Assembly: GCA_039028615.1 (NCBI GenBank)
Contig: JBCCHT010000036.1
Coordinates: 1 to 64,000 of the forward strand
Direction: 5' to 3'
From: Myxococcota bacterium
GTDB lineage: Bacteria > Myxococcota_A > Polyangia > Nannocystales > Nannocystaceae
DNA length: 64,000 bases
The position numbers were made by a program, and so were the translations under genes. A model generated the notes under the pieces. The model worked only from the letters and a program-made list of their open reading frames with translations, was not told where the DNA came from and made no database searches. Below, piece by piece: positions 50,571 through 61,858 of the stretch (its first letter is position 1; each line of letters opens with the position of its first letter).

Positions 50571-51614
50571 ATGCCCGCGCCCTTCGACCTTCGCAGCGAC
50601 ACCGTGACCCGACCGACCGAGGCGATGCGCGCCGCGATGGCAGCCGCCGACGTCGGCGATGACTGCTACGGGGACGACCCCACCGTGCTCGAGCTGGAGG
50701 CCAAGGTCTCGGGCTTGCTCGGCAAGCCGGCCGCCGTGTTTTTACCCAGCGGCACCATGTCCAACCAGATCGCGGTGCGCATCCACTGCACGCCCGGCGA
50801 TGCGATCGCCTCGCACCCCACCGCCCACGTCCGAATCCACGAAAACGGCTCGGCCGCGGCCATCGCGGGGGCGCAGGTCATGCCGATCGGCACGCGACGC
50901 GGCTACAGCCAGCGCGAGCTCGAAGAGCTGTGCCACGAGGAGAGCGTCGGCTGGCCTCCGGTGCGCCTGGTCTGGCTGGAGAACACGCTGGGCGACGCGG
51001 GCGGCGTACCGTGGCCGCTGGAGGGACTGGAGTCCGTGTCGACCTGGGCGCGGGAGCAAGGCCGCGCGGTGCACCTGGACGGCGCCCGGCTGTGGAACGC
51101 CCACGTGGCCACCCGGACCCCGCTGAACGTGTTCGCCGCCTGTGCCGACTCGGTCGCCGTGTCGCTCAGCAAGGGCCTGGGCTGCCCGGTGGGCTCGGTG
51201 CTGTGCGGCTCCGAGGAGTTCATCGCCCAGGCCCGCGACTACAAGCACGCCATGGGCGGAGGCTTCCGGCAGGCGGGTATCCTGGCCGCGGCCGGCTTGC
51301 ACGCGCTCGAGCATCGGCTGCCGCGGCTGGCCGAGGATCACGCCCGCGCCCGTCGCTTGGCCGAAGCCCTGAGCGACCTGCCCTGCTGGGAGATGCCCAC
51401 GCCGGCCACCAACCTGGTCGTCGCTCCCGTACGAGCCCCGTGGGCGCACGCCGATCAGCTCTGCGCGCCGCTGCGAGAGGCCGGAGTGCTCTGCTACCCC
51501 AACGTGTATCGCGAGGTCCGCTTCGCCCTGCACCTTGGCATCCGCGACGAAGACCTCGACGAACTCATCGGCACCATTCGACGGGTCGTGACCTCGCTGA
51601 AGCCCCCGGCATAG
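50571..51614 (+). CDS. ltaE: Low-specificity L-threonine aldolase
   Basis: DLRSDTVT, VGDD.YG.DPT, PSGTMSN, LENT, HLDGARL, SKGLG, RQAG. Confidence 0.92.
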   Translation: MPAPFDLRSDTVTRPTEAMRAAMAAADVGDDCYGDDPTVLELEAKVSGLLGKPAAVFLPSGTMSNQIAVRIHCTPGDAIASHPTAHVRIHENGSAAAIAGAQVMPIGTRRGYSQRELEELCHEESVGWPPVRLVWLENTLGDAGGVPWPLEGLESVSTWAREQGRAVHLDGARLWNAHVATRTPLNVFAACADSVAVSLSKGLGCPVGSVLCGSEEFIAQARDYKHAMGGGFRQAGILAAAGLHALEHRLPRLAEDHARARRLAEALSDLPCWEMPTPATNLVVAPVRAPWAHADQLCAPLREAGVLCYPNVYREVRFALHLGIRDEDLDELIGTIRRVVTSLKPPA

Positions 51615-51640
51615 CGCCAAAGTTGGCGACCGAGAACGAC

Positions 51641-51676
51641 CGAGCCCCGGTCGCCGAAGTGGCGAGCCGGGGCTCG
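51641..51676. terminator. Hairpin between convergent ltaE and gltJ-like genes
   Basis: CGAGCCCCGG-TCGCC-GAAGT-GGCGA-G-CCGGGGCTCG. Confidence 0.6.
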
Positions 51677-51697
51677 AGTGCGTGGGTACGCCGCCGA

Positions 51698-53470
51698 TTA
51701 CGGCATCGTGACCGAGTACTGGAAGCCCATCGTCGCGGTCTTGAACTTCTTGAACTTGGCCTTCTTCAGCGCCCCGGCGACACAGTTGCCGAGCGAGCTG
51801 CTGGCATGCGACCCCGTGGGAGTGGCCTTGTTGACCAGACCCGAGGAGCCGGACACGGACAGCTTGACCATGACCTTCTCGCCCGGCTTGGCGCCGTGCT
51901 TGCCACCGCAGGCCTTGGCGGCCGGCTTCACCGACTTGAGGCCCGCCTTGATGTCGGTGTTGTTCAGCTTCTCGGGTGCACCCGGGTCAGAGGAACCGCC
52001 CGAGGATCCACCGCTGCTCTTGGGCTTCTTCTTGCTGCTGCCGCACTTGCTCGGGTCGAGGATGCAGTCGACGGACGGGGCGTCCTTCTTGGAGGAGCTG
52101 CTGCTGCCCGAGCCGCTGGAGCTCGAGCCGCTCGAGGAGCTGCTGGCCGTGCCCGAGGAGCTGCTGCCCTTCTTGGAGCTGCTGCGGCTGCTGCCCTTCT
52201 TGGAGCTGCCCTTCTTGGAGGAGGAGCTGGCGTCCGCAGCCGCGTCCGCCTCGGCCGCGTCGGCGCCATCGCTGTCGCCTTCGTCGTCCTTCTTGTCCTC
52301 GTCTTCCTTCTTGTCCTCGTCTTCCTTCTTGTCCTCGTCTTCCTTCTTGTCTTCGTCTTCCTTCTTGTCGTCTGCATCGGCAGCGACGGCAGGAGCGGCG
52401 ACCTCTTGGACGATGGTCTTGGGCTCTTCGGGTGGCTTGAGGATGATGTACGCAGCCAAGCCGCCGACCGCGAGGATCAGCACCACCATCATGATGTACA
52501 GCGGTGCGTTGGAACGCTGAGGTTGCGCCGGAGCAGCCGCGGCGGGCGTGGCCGCCTCGGGGCTGGGGGGCGCGACGAGAGGTGTGGCCGCCAAGCCACC
52601 GAAACCGCCTCCGCCAAAGCTGGGCAGGGCCGCGTCGTCGGCCGCGCCCTGGGGCGCCGCACTGGCGGCTGCCGCCCCGGCTCCGGCTCCACCGACCATC
52701 GAGCCCAGGGCTCGGATGTCGATGAGGCCCGACCCCTCGGAGGAGGGGGCCGAGGTCGCCAGTCCCTTGGAGGGGTTGGCCGCGGCTCGGGCTACGGGCG
52801 TGGCCGCTGCAGCGCCACCACCACCGCCGCCCGCCGCGGGAGCGGCTGCGCCGGCCGTAGCCATGGCTTGCAAGCTGTCGAGCGAGAACAACACAGAGTT
52901 CTCGTTCCGCTGTCCGGTGAGGCTCGAGACACGCGGGGATTCACCCCCGCCCGCAGCGGCTGCCGCTGCGCCACCGTCGGTGCCCGTGGCCGCGACCTCG
53001 GCTGCACCCGCGGCCGCTGCTCCGGCGGCGGCCCCGGCTGCTGCGCCAGCTGCCGCTGCTGCGCCTCCGGCTGCGTAATCGTTTTGGTTGGCACTCGCCG
53101 CGAACGGATCGTCGGATTGCTCGGGGAAGTCGGCGAAGGCCGGCACATCCGCCAGGGGAATCCAGTCGTCGAATCCCTCCTGCCAGACCGCGGTCTCCTT
53201 GTCGATCTCACCGGCGTCGTAGCGCTGGCGGACCTCCTCCTCGGACATGGGTCCAACCGTCTCGCCGTTGATCGCCAAGTGCCATCCGGGGGCGGCCTGA
53301 TCGACCGCGGCCGCAGACGCAGCGGCTCCCGCATCTGCGGCAGCGGCTCCCTTGTCCCGGACGATGATCACGTTGCTGCACTTCTTGCAACGAATCTTGA
53401 AGGTCTTACCGCGAACCTTCTCATCCGCGATCGAGTACTTAGCACCACACTTGTCGCATTCGATCTTCAT
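51698..53470 (-). CDS. GltJ/AgmX-like protein: zinc ribbon, GYF_2, linker, TM, TonB-C-like domain
   Basis: MKIECDKCGAKY..KIRCKKC; WHLAINGETVGP..VWQEGFDDW; TM segment; C-terminal AKACG..GNCVAGALKKAKF. Confidence 0.75.
   Translation of the reverse strand: MKIECDKCGAKYSIADEKVRGKTFKIRCKKCSNVIIVRDKGAAAADAGAAASAAAVDQAAPGWHLAINGETVGPMSEEEVRQRYDAGEIDKETAVWQEGFDDWIPLADVPAFADFPEQSDDPFAASANQNDYAAGGAAAAAGAAAGAAAGAAAAGAAEVAATGTDGGAAAAAAGGGESPRVSSLTGQRNENSVLFSLDSLQAMATAGAAAPAAGGGGGGAAAATPVARAAANPSKGLATSAPSSEGSGLIDIRALGSMVGGAGAGAAAASAAPQGAADDAALPSFGGGGFGGLAATPLVAPPSPEAATPAAAAPAQPQRSNAPLYIMMVVLILAVGGLAAYIILKPPEEPKTIVQEVAAPAVAADADDKKEDEDKKEDEDKKEDEDKKEDEDKKDDEGDSDGADAAEADAAADASSSSKKGSSKKGSSRSSSKKGSSSSGTASSSSSGSSSSGSGSSSSSKKDAPSVDCILDPSKCGSSKKKPKSSGGSSGGSSDPGAPEKLNNTDIKAGLKSVKPAAKACGGKHGAKPGEKVMVKLSVSGSSGLVNKATPTGSHASSSLGNCVAGALKKAKFKKFKTATMGFQYSVTMP
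52288..52370. repeat. 18-bp tandem repeat (~4.6 copies) encoding DKKEDE
   Basis: CCTTCTTGTCCTCGTCTT repeated. Confidence 0.9.
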
Positions 53471-53723
53471 TCGCGTGCGTCCCAGGGTCCTCGGTCGTGC
53501 GTGTCGAAGCAGCGTCGTCGAATGGCTGCGCGTTGAGCCCGCCGAGGCAGGTCGAGTATAGGGGAAGCGGCTCGGCGCGCACAACTGCGCCGCACCCTGA
53601 ACAACGACGCTAGACGCCGTTTTTAAGGCAACACGATCGGATCACTTCGGTCCGAGACCGCGCGATCGAGCATGGTAGTTTAGGCGTCCAGGGGCCGGGC
53701 TCGCAAGCGACCCCACCAGTTGT

Positions 53724-55013
53724 TCAGAACGCATCAGCGAAGCGAAGGGTCTGAGCGCGGTCTGGACCCACCGAGACCAGCACCACCGGGACCTCCGCCC
53801 GCTCTTCGATGAGCTCTAGATAGGTCCGAACGGGCCCTGGCAGGTCTTCGCGGCTCTTGGCGCTCTGCAGCTTGCCGACGATGGATGGATCTCCCCACCC
53901 GGGCACGGTCCGCAAACGGGGCACCGCGTTGTCCAGGCCGTCGCGGCCGGGGTCGACGTCATCTTCATAAGACTCGCAGACCTTGACCTCGGGAAGCGCG
54001 GCAAGGACGTCGAGCTTGGTGACGCACAGTCCGGTCATTCCCGACAGGCGCACGGCCCGGGCCAGCGCGGGCACGTCCAGCCAGCCGCAATCGCGGGGCC
54101 GACCGGTCGTCGCGCCGTACTCGGCTCCGGCCTCGCGAAGTCGCTCCGCCTCTGCGCCCTCGAGCCGCGTCGGGAACGGACCTCGCCCGACCCGCGTGGT
54201 GTAGGCCTTCGAGATTCCCCAGACCTCGTCGATGAGGGTGGGACCGATGCCGATGCCCGTGCACACGCCGCCCGCAATCGAGTTCGACGACGTCACGTAC
54301 GGGTACGTGCCGTGGTCGACGTCGAGCAGCGCACCTTGGGCGCCTTCGAAGAGCACCTTGTCGCCGCGACGAATCGCGCGGTGACAAAGGTCGCCCACGT
54401 CGCAGGCCATGGGCTCGATCCACTCGGCCCAGCGGCGCCCGAGTTTGACGAGGGCATCGACGTCGATGCCCGGCATGTCGGCGCCCAAGCGCGCGAGCTC
54501 GGGCTCGAGCGCGCCATGGTTTTTGTTCAGGACCTCGCGAAGCTTGCCTTCATCGAGCAGGTCGCGGATTCGGACGCCGCGGCGCGCCGCCTTGGCCTCG
54601 TACGCGGGGCCGACCCCACGACGGGTGGTGCCGATCTTCTCGCGCCCCGTGGCCCGGTCCTCGCGAAGACCATCGAGCTGGCGGTGGTAGGGAAACACGA
54701 CGTGGGCGTCGAGCGACACTCGCAGCTCGTCCTGCTTCAGCAAGCCCAGTCCTTGCAGCTGATCGATCTCGCCGCGGAAGACCTCCGGGTCGATGACCAT
54801 GCCCGCTCCCAGTGCGCACTGCGTGCCGGGATAGCTGCAGCCCGACGGCACCAAGTGGGTGATGAGCTTCTGCCCGTCGACCACGAGGGTATGGCCGGCG
54901 TTGTTGCCCCCGGCAAAACGAGCGACGACGCTCGCCTCTTCGGACAGGACGTCGACGACCTTGCCCTTGCCCTCGTCTCCCCACTGCGCCCCAACGACGA
55001 CCAACGTGCTCAT
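53724..55013 (-). CDS. purA: Adenylosuccinate synthetase
   Basis: GAQWGDEGKGK, GGNNAGHT, IGTT, FEGAQG, GTYPYVTSS, TTGRPR, TKLDVL. Confidence 0.97.
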   Translation of the reverse strand: MSTLVVVGAQWGDEGKGKVVDVLSEEASVVARFAGGNNAGHTLVVDGQKLITHLVPSGCSYPGTQCALGAGMVIDPEVFRGEIDQLQGLGLLKQDELRVSLDAHVVFPYHRQLDGLREDRATGREKIGTTRRGVGPAYEAKAARRGVRIRDLLDEGKLREVLNKNHGALEPELARLGADMPGIDVDALVKLGRRWAEWIEPMACDVGDLCHRAIRRGDKVLFEGAQGALLDVDHGTYPYVTSSNSIAGGVCTGIGIGPTLIDEVWGISKAYTTRVGRGPFPTRLEGAEAERLREAGAEYGATTGRPRDCGWLDVPALARAVRLSGMTGLCVTKLDVLAALPEVKVCESYEDDVDPGRDGLDNAVPRLRTVPGWGDPSIVGKLQSAKSREDLPGPVRTYLELIEERAEVPVVLVSVGPDRAQTLRFADAF

Positions 55014-56338
55014 GCTGTCTCCTGCGCCTTTGTGGTCCAGCCTTGCGGACCGTGAAACCATGATTTGGACCCCGAGGCGTCCATGAAGGTGAGCCGATCG
55101 GCCTGCGCCACCTCGGCTTGGGCCTGCGCCCGCTCGAGGGTCAGCCCCGGCTGCACCCAGGCCCGACGCCCCTGCTCTCGCGCCTCGCGGGCGGCGAGCT
55201 GAGCCTGGGGCCGTGCGCGGGCGTCCTCGAAGGACGGGTCGATCGCCACCAAGTGTCCGGGCGGCTCGGCCTTCGCCGTCAGCCCGCCCTGCTCGGCCAG
55301 CGCGACCTCGAGGGCGTCGAGGTCGACGGCGAACCCGGTGGCGGGACGCGGCACGCCGTAGCGACGCGGCAGGCCGTCGTAGCGACCGCCCCGGATCACG
55401 GGGTGATGCACGCCTCGCGCCCAGCCCCGGATGCGAATCCCCGAGTAGTAGTCGAAGCCCCGCGCCTCACCCAGGTCGAGGGTGATGCGATCGGTGAGGT
55501 CGTCGCCGAAGCTCGCCAAGTGCTCGAGCGTGGCGGACAGCTGCGACAGCGCCTCGTCGACGCCGGTATCGGCCAAGACCTCGCGCGCTCGCGCCAGCAC
55601 ATCGGCCGGGGCACCAAAGAGGTCACACAGCGCGATCGTGGCTCGGGCCACCGACCCGCGGCAGCCGTGCGACGACAGCAGGCGGTCGAGGCCAGGCCGA
55701 TCTTTGCGCGTCAGCAGAGCCTGGGCCTGCGTCCCCACGCTGTCGGGCAAGCCGAGCCCGTCGAGCAAGCCGCGCGCGATGGCGGTGTGGGCCAGGTCGA
55801 GGCGAAAATCCTGCAAGCCGGCCGCGGTCAGCGACGCGATGGCCAGCGCCATGAGCTCGGCGTCGGCGGCCGGGTCGTCGTCGCCGATCATCTCGATGCC
55901 GACCTGGTGAATCTCGGTCTGCTGGCGCGCCTCGGTGTGGTGGCGCAGGACCTCGGCCGCGTAGCTGAAGCGATACACGACGTCCTCGGGCAGCTCGCCG
56001 CCCCAGCGCTGAGCCAGCATGCGAGCCACCTGCGGCGTGACGTCGGCCCGCAGCGTGACCAGCTCGCCGCTGCCCGCCGCGATGAAGCGAATGCAGCCCC
56101 GACGATCGTCCTCGGACAGGCCCCGGGCCAACACGTCGAAGTACTCGATGGCCGGCGTCCCGACCGGCTCGTAGCCCCAGGCCTCGAAGGTGGTCCGCAG
56201 CGTCGAGGTCAACGTGCGGCGGATCCGAAAGGCGGCCGGCAGCAGGTCGCGAGACCCACCGGGCAGCGCCGCCCACGGAGAATCCGCGAGGCGTTCGGGG
56301 GCCGTGGCCAACGAGGGACTCTGGTCGCGGTCGTTCAT
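55010..56338 (-). CDS. hisZ: ATP phosphoribosyltransferase regulatory subunit
   Basis: LPGGSRDLL, LRADVTPQVAR, QVGIEMIG, DYYSG, GGRYD, ATGF; HisRS-like fold directly upstream of purA. Confidence 0.88.
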   Translation of the reverse strand: MNDRDQSPSLATAPERLADSPWAALPGGSRDLLPAAFRIRRTLTSTLRTTFEAWGYEPVGTPAIEYFDVLARGLSEDDRRGCIRFIAAGSGELVTLRADVTPQVARMLAQRWGGELPEDVVYRFSYAAEVLRHHTEARQQTEIHQVGIEMIGDDDPAADAELMALAIASLTAAGLQDFRLDLAHTAIARGLLDGLGLPDSVGTQAQALLTRKDRPGLDRLLSSHGCRGSVARATIALCDLFGAPADVLARAREVLADTGVDEALSQLSATLEHLASFGDDLTDRITLDLGEARGFDYYSGIRIRGWARGVHHPVIRGGRYDGLPRRYGVPRPATGFAVDLDALEVALAEQGGLTAKAEPPGHLVAIDPSFEDARARPQAQLAAREAREQGRRAWVQPGLTLERAQAQAEVAQADRLTFMDASGSKSWFHGPQGWTTKAQETA

Positions 56339-56428
56339 TGGCGCGCTGCCTCGGCCGGACCTATAGCACGGGCGTCCGCGCGCGCGGGGTGAACAATCGC
56401 GACCCCGCAGGTCGACGCGCGTCGGCCG

Positions 56429-57697
<1,269 letters not shown>

Positions 57698-57741
57698 CGC
57701 CTCGATTTCGTTTGGTGGAGGTCCTCGTTCGGGATCCTGGC

Positions 57742-59322
57742 CTAGTGCCGGAAGTGACGCTCGCCGGTCATCAGCATCGCGATGCCGTGCTCGTCGGCGG
57801 CCGCGATGACCTCTTCGTCACGCTTCGACCCGCCCGGCTGGATCATCGCCCGCACGCCGGCCTTGGCCGCCGCATCGACGCCGTCGCGGAAGGGGAAGAA
57901 CCCGTCCGAGGCCAGCACGGCGCCCGCCGCTTCCTCACCGGCCCGGCCCGCGGCCTGCCGCGAAGCCTCGACCCGAGAGGTCTGCCCGCCGCCGATGCCC
58001 ACCGTCACGCCGTTTTTGGCCATGACGATCGCGTTGGAGCGCACGTGCTTGGCCACGCGCCAGGCGACCTCGAGGTCGTGCATCTCTTCGGCGGTGGGGG
58101 CCCGCTTGGTGGCCACGCGGGCCTGGGCCGCGCCCACGTGCATCACGTCGTCGCGCTGCACCAACAGCCCGCCCGCGACCGAGCGCGCCCGCCAGGCGGG
58201 AGGGCCCTCGGCGAACATGCCGGGAAGCTCGAGCACGCGCAGGTTCTTCTTGCGGGCCAGGATCTCGCGCGCCGTGGTCGAGTAGCTCGGGGCGATGACC
58301 ACCTCTATGAAGGTCTCTGCCACCAGCTCGGCCGTGGCCGCGTCCAGCTCCTGGCTGACGGACACGATGCCCCCGAAGGCGCTCTCGGCATCGGCCTCGC
58401 GGGCGCGTCGGTACACCTCGGCGAGCGTGGCATCGCCCTGCCCCACAGCCGCGCCGCAGGGCGAGGCGTGCTTGAAGACCGCCGCGGACACGCCCATCGG
58501 CTGCAGATCGCGGATGATGGCCAGCGCCGCGTCGGCGTCGAGCAGGTTGTTGTAGCTCAGCGCCTTGCCCTGGTGGACGATGGCCTGGGGCAACCCGGGG
58601 GCCTCGCCCGCCTCACCGGCCACCGCATAGAAGCCGGCCGTCTGGTGGGGGTTCTCGCCGTAGCGCAGCGTGCCCTGGGCCTCGCCCCCCGTGAAGAACA
58701 CCGGAGCCGCCTTCGGTCCGTGGTCGCCCTGGCCCGCCAGGTACGAGGCAATGGCCGTGTCGTAGGCCGCGGTATGGGCAAAGGCCTTGCGCGCCAGCTC
58801 GAAGCGCATGGCCTCGGGGATGGTGCCGCCGTTTTGTGCCAGTGCCTCTGCCACCTGGTCGTAGTCCGTCGGATCGACGATCACGGCCACGCGGGCCGCG
58901 TTCTTGGCCGCCGCCCGCACCATGGTGGGCCCGCCGATGTCGATATTCTCGACCGCGCGCGCCAGGTCGCAGGCGGGATCGGCAATGACCTCGCGGAAGG
59001 GATAGAGGTTGACCACCACCAGGTCGATGGCCGGGATGTCGTGCCGCTCCCGCTCCGCGTCGTGCTCGGCCGTGGGCGCAGCCAGGATCCCGCCGTGAAT
59101 TCGCGGGTGCAGGGTCTTGACCCGGCCGCCGAGGATCTCCGGGGCCCCGGTGTAGTCGCTGACCTTCTCGACCGCGACACCCAGCTCGCTCAGAGCCCGG
59201 TACGTGCCACCGGTCGACAGCACCTCGACCTTGCACTCGACGAGCATCTTCGCCAGGCGATCCAAGTTGGACTTGTCGCTGACGGAGACCAGGGCGCGGC
59301 GAATCGGGATCGGCTTGGACAC
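57742..59322 (-). CDS. purH: Bifunctional AICAR transformylase/IMP cyclohydrolase
   Basis: ALVSVSDK, GRVKTLHP, IDIGGP, LRYGENPHQ, SYNN, SDGFFPF, QPGGS, RHFRH. Confidence 0.97.
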   Translation of the reverse strand: MSKPIPIRRALVSVSDKSNLDRLAKMLVECKVEVLSTGGTYRALSELGVAVEKVSDYTGAPEILGGRVKTLHPRIHGGILAAPTAEHDAERERHDIPAIDLVVVNLYPFREVIADPACDLARAVENIDIGGPTMVRAAAKNAARVAVIVDPTDYDQVAEALAQNGGTIPEAMRFELARKAFAHTAAYDTAIASYLAGQGDHGPKAAPVFFTGGEAQGTLRYGENPHQTAGFYAVAGEAGEAPGLPQAIVHQGKALSYNNLLDADAALAIIRDLQPMGVSAAVFKHASPCGAAVGQGDATLAEVYRRAREADAESAFGGIVSVSQELDAATAELVAETFIEVVIAPSYSTTAREILARKKNLRVLELPGMFAEGPPAWRARSVAGGLLVQRDDVMHVGAAQARVATKRAPTAEEMHDLEVAWRVAKHVRSNAIVMAKNGVTVGIGGGQTSRVEASRQAAGRAGEEAAGAVLASDGFFPFRDGVDAAAKAGVRAMIQPGGSKRDEEVIAAADEHGIAMLMTGERHFRH

Positions 59323-59666
59323 GGCGCCCCGTTATCGTGCGCGTCCGTGGGGGGTCAAGGCATCCCGCGACCTGCGCGAAGCCGATCGGCCGGAGGGATG
59401 GCCTCCCCCTGCTCGCACGAGGGAACGCGCACGTTCTTACGCACCCGTGAGATCTCGCCGAGGCTCCAAAACGAAGCGCCCACCACCGGTGTGGAGGGCG
59501 CCGAAGAGGTCGATTCCGCGGAAAACGCGGGCTTTTGCCAGGTGGTCGATGGCAGGTGCAAAAGTGGCGCGGCGCTGCGGCCCGGACTCATCCGTCGGTG
59601 CACCCGAAAGATGAACCGCGCCGCAGGGCCGTGCCCGGCAGGGCGGGCACGACGACCCCGACGCCC

Positions 59667-60164
59667 CTATTGCTCCTGCTTGGCCAAGTAGGTCAGCAGC
59701 TCTTCGCCGCCGGCCTCGCGCAGCTTCATGAGGCCGCGGACCTCGACCTGGCGGATTCGCTCGCGAGTGAGGTTGAGAATCTCGCCCACCTCCTCGAGGG
59801 TGATGCCGCCCTGCTGGGCCACGTCGAGGGCACAGCTGGCCTTGAGCTCCCAGACCTCGCGATCGGGGAAGTTGACCTTGATGCTGCCCGTGTTCGGGTT
59901 GACGTCGATGTACAGGTGGTACTTGCAGCTGACGTAGGGGCAGGGCCGGGCGACGTTGGAGCACTCGCCGCGAGTCTTGGGGCGCCAGTAGCTGCGCTCG
60001 GGGTACAGCAGCGCGCCGATGCGAAGCTCTTCCTTGGTCAGGCGCTTCATCGCGATCGTCTTGGCCTTGGGACGGCGGACGATCGGCTGGGGATCGGGGA
60101 GCAGCTGGGGCTCCTCGTCGGGAGTCGTCGGTTCAGCGGTGGTCTCGGGGTCGTACTTGAGCAT
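59667..60164 (-). CDS. Small DNA-binding protein: Cys/His-rich domain plus sigma-70 region 4 HTH
   Basis: [48 protein letters not shown]. Confidence 0.8.
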   Translation of the reverse strand: MLKYDPETTAEPTTPDEEPQLLPDPQPIVRRPKAKTIAMKRLTKEELRIGALLYPERSYWRPKTRGECSNVARPCPYVSCKYHLYIDVNPNTGSIKVNFPDREVWELKASCALDVAQQGGITLEEVGEILNLTRERIRQVEVRGLMKLREAGGEELLTYLAKQEQ

Positions 60165-60268
60165 TGGTCGGTCCCTGCGGGTGTGGTGAGTTCCGGGGTC
60201 GAGGAGGAGGAAGGTGAAGCGAGGCGTAGGTTGGTGAGCCCCGGGGAGGGCCCTACGGCTGTCACGAG

Positions 60269-60967
60269 CTAGAGGAGTTCGGTGGGGCTGGCCGCTCCGC
60301 CGCCGCGGGGCCGGGCCTGTTCGCCGCTGGCGATGATGAGCTTCTCGAGGCGCTGCACTCCGGTGAGCAGGTGCTCTGCGCTGTGTTTGATCGAGTCGAG
60401 CTCGCGGCTGAGACGGTCACGGGTCGGCGAGGGAGGTTGCTGCCCGATGCGGTCGTCGAAGAGGCGGGTCAGCTCGCCCAGCGCCTCGTCGAGGGTCTCG
60501 ATGTTGTCCTTGAAGGTCAGGAAGCGGTTTTGGATCTCCTCGATCGTGTAGCGCTCGGCCATGAGCTGCTTGATCGTGTTGATCCGTCGGACGGCCCGGA
60601 CCGGGTAGACCCCGCGGGAGCCGAGGTGCTTGCCCTTGCGTCCCACTCGGCGGCTGCGGGGCACGAGCCCGAGCTGCACGTATTTGCGGAGGGTGGCTTC
60701 GCTGAACTTGATCGACTTACGAGAGAACACGGCCACCAGCTCCTGCGAGGTCAACCCGTTGGGGCTGTCCTGCTCGATCTCGCGGACCTGAGCTTCGCTG
60801 AGAGCGACCTGCATCTCGGGAGGGATGGGGGCGAAAGAGGAAACGACGCGGGCACGGTCGCGAGGGGACGCGAGCCGAGCGGTGGGGGTCGATGGAAGCC
60901 GGGGATGCTCGGCGGTGGTGTCACCGAGACCTCGACTTGGCTTTCGAGGGGGAGACGGGGCTGACAC
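60269..60967 (-). CDS. MerR-like transcriptional regulator
   Basis: [31 protein letters not shown] winged HTH plus C-terminal coiled coil; start uncertain. Confidence 0.75.
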   Translation of the reverse strand: MSAPSPPRKPSRGLGDTTAEHPRLPSTPTARLASPRDRARVVSSFAPIPPEMQVALSEAQVREIEQDSPNGLTSQELVAVFSRKSIKFSEATLRKYVQLGLVPRSRRVGRKGKHLGSRGVYPVRAVRRINTIKQLMAERYTIEEIQNRFLTFKDNIETLDEALGELTRLFDDRIGQQPPSPTRDRLSRELDSIKHSAEHLLTGVQRLEKLIIASGEQARPRGGGAASPTELL

Positions 60968-61540
60968 GAAGGAGCGGTTCGGGTGGTCCGGTCATGGAGA
61001 CCGGCGCGCTCTGTTTTTCGTGTGGAAGGAGGCGCCTCGTCTATGCCTCGTCAATGTATTCCATTCAGTGGATCTTTAGGAAGCACTTTCTTTTCACTTT
61101 CTCAAACTTTTTGCGATCTCTTCGATGCGAACTTGTTCAGTAATCGGTTCCAAGACGTCCCGCGTCGGTGCTCTTCAATCGCCGGTTCGCGCCCGCGATC
61201 ACGAGATCGACGACGCGTTGAAGCGACCGAAGACAGGGCCGAAGGGCCGCCACTGAACACGTCACCAGCGGCCGTGCTCGCATGGATTTCACGACCGCGA
61301 ATTCGAACGTGGTTCGATCGTCGTTCGAGGGAAATTCGCGTCACGCGAAGACGGCCGACGATCCGCATTGCGAGGCCAAGAGGCCGGAGTCTCGCGATGC
61401 GAACGAAGCTCGTCGCTGACGTTCGCGCGACACGAACGAACCGCGACGGCTGCAACGCGAGCGCAGGAGATCTCTTCTCCACTCACGCGAGCCGCAGCGA
61501 CGTCTCGCTCGCCAACGCAGAGCTCCTGGCGTCGAAGCGA

Positions 61541-61690
61541 CACCCAACTCGCCACGGTCCGACCCAACTCGCCACGGCGAGACCCGATTCGCCACGACGG
61601 GACTGGCTGGCGCGGCGAAAGCTCGACCCGAGGCAACACTCGCCACGGTGAACCCGGCACGGACGAGTCCAACTCGCCGCGGCCGAGCCC
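61541..61690. repeat. Degenerate 20-bp tandem repeat
   Basis: CACCCAACTCGCCACGGTCC / GACCCAACTCGCCACGGCGA / GACCCGATTCGCCACGACGG, plus partial copies near 61636 and 61669. Confidence 0.65.
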
Positions 61691-61858
61691 GTCTCGCTCC
61701 GCGATGCCCGGCTCCGCCGAGACCGGAGCCCCACTCTTCGCTGGCGACGACCGAACTCGCAACGACGGAGCCCGGCGGCCAAACGAATAGACCGACGCGC
61801 CGCTCGAGCCCCCGCGGATGGAGCGTCGGCCCTCGCCGGGACGAACGCTCCCGCGTGA

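Noticed and set aside
61541..61690. Possible CRISPR array
   Set aside because: Repeats are contiguous and degenerate, with no unique spacers and no cas genes
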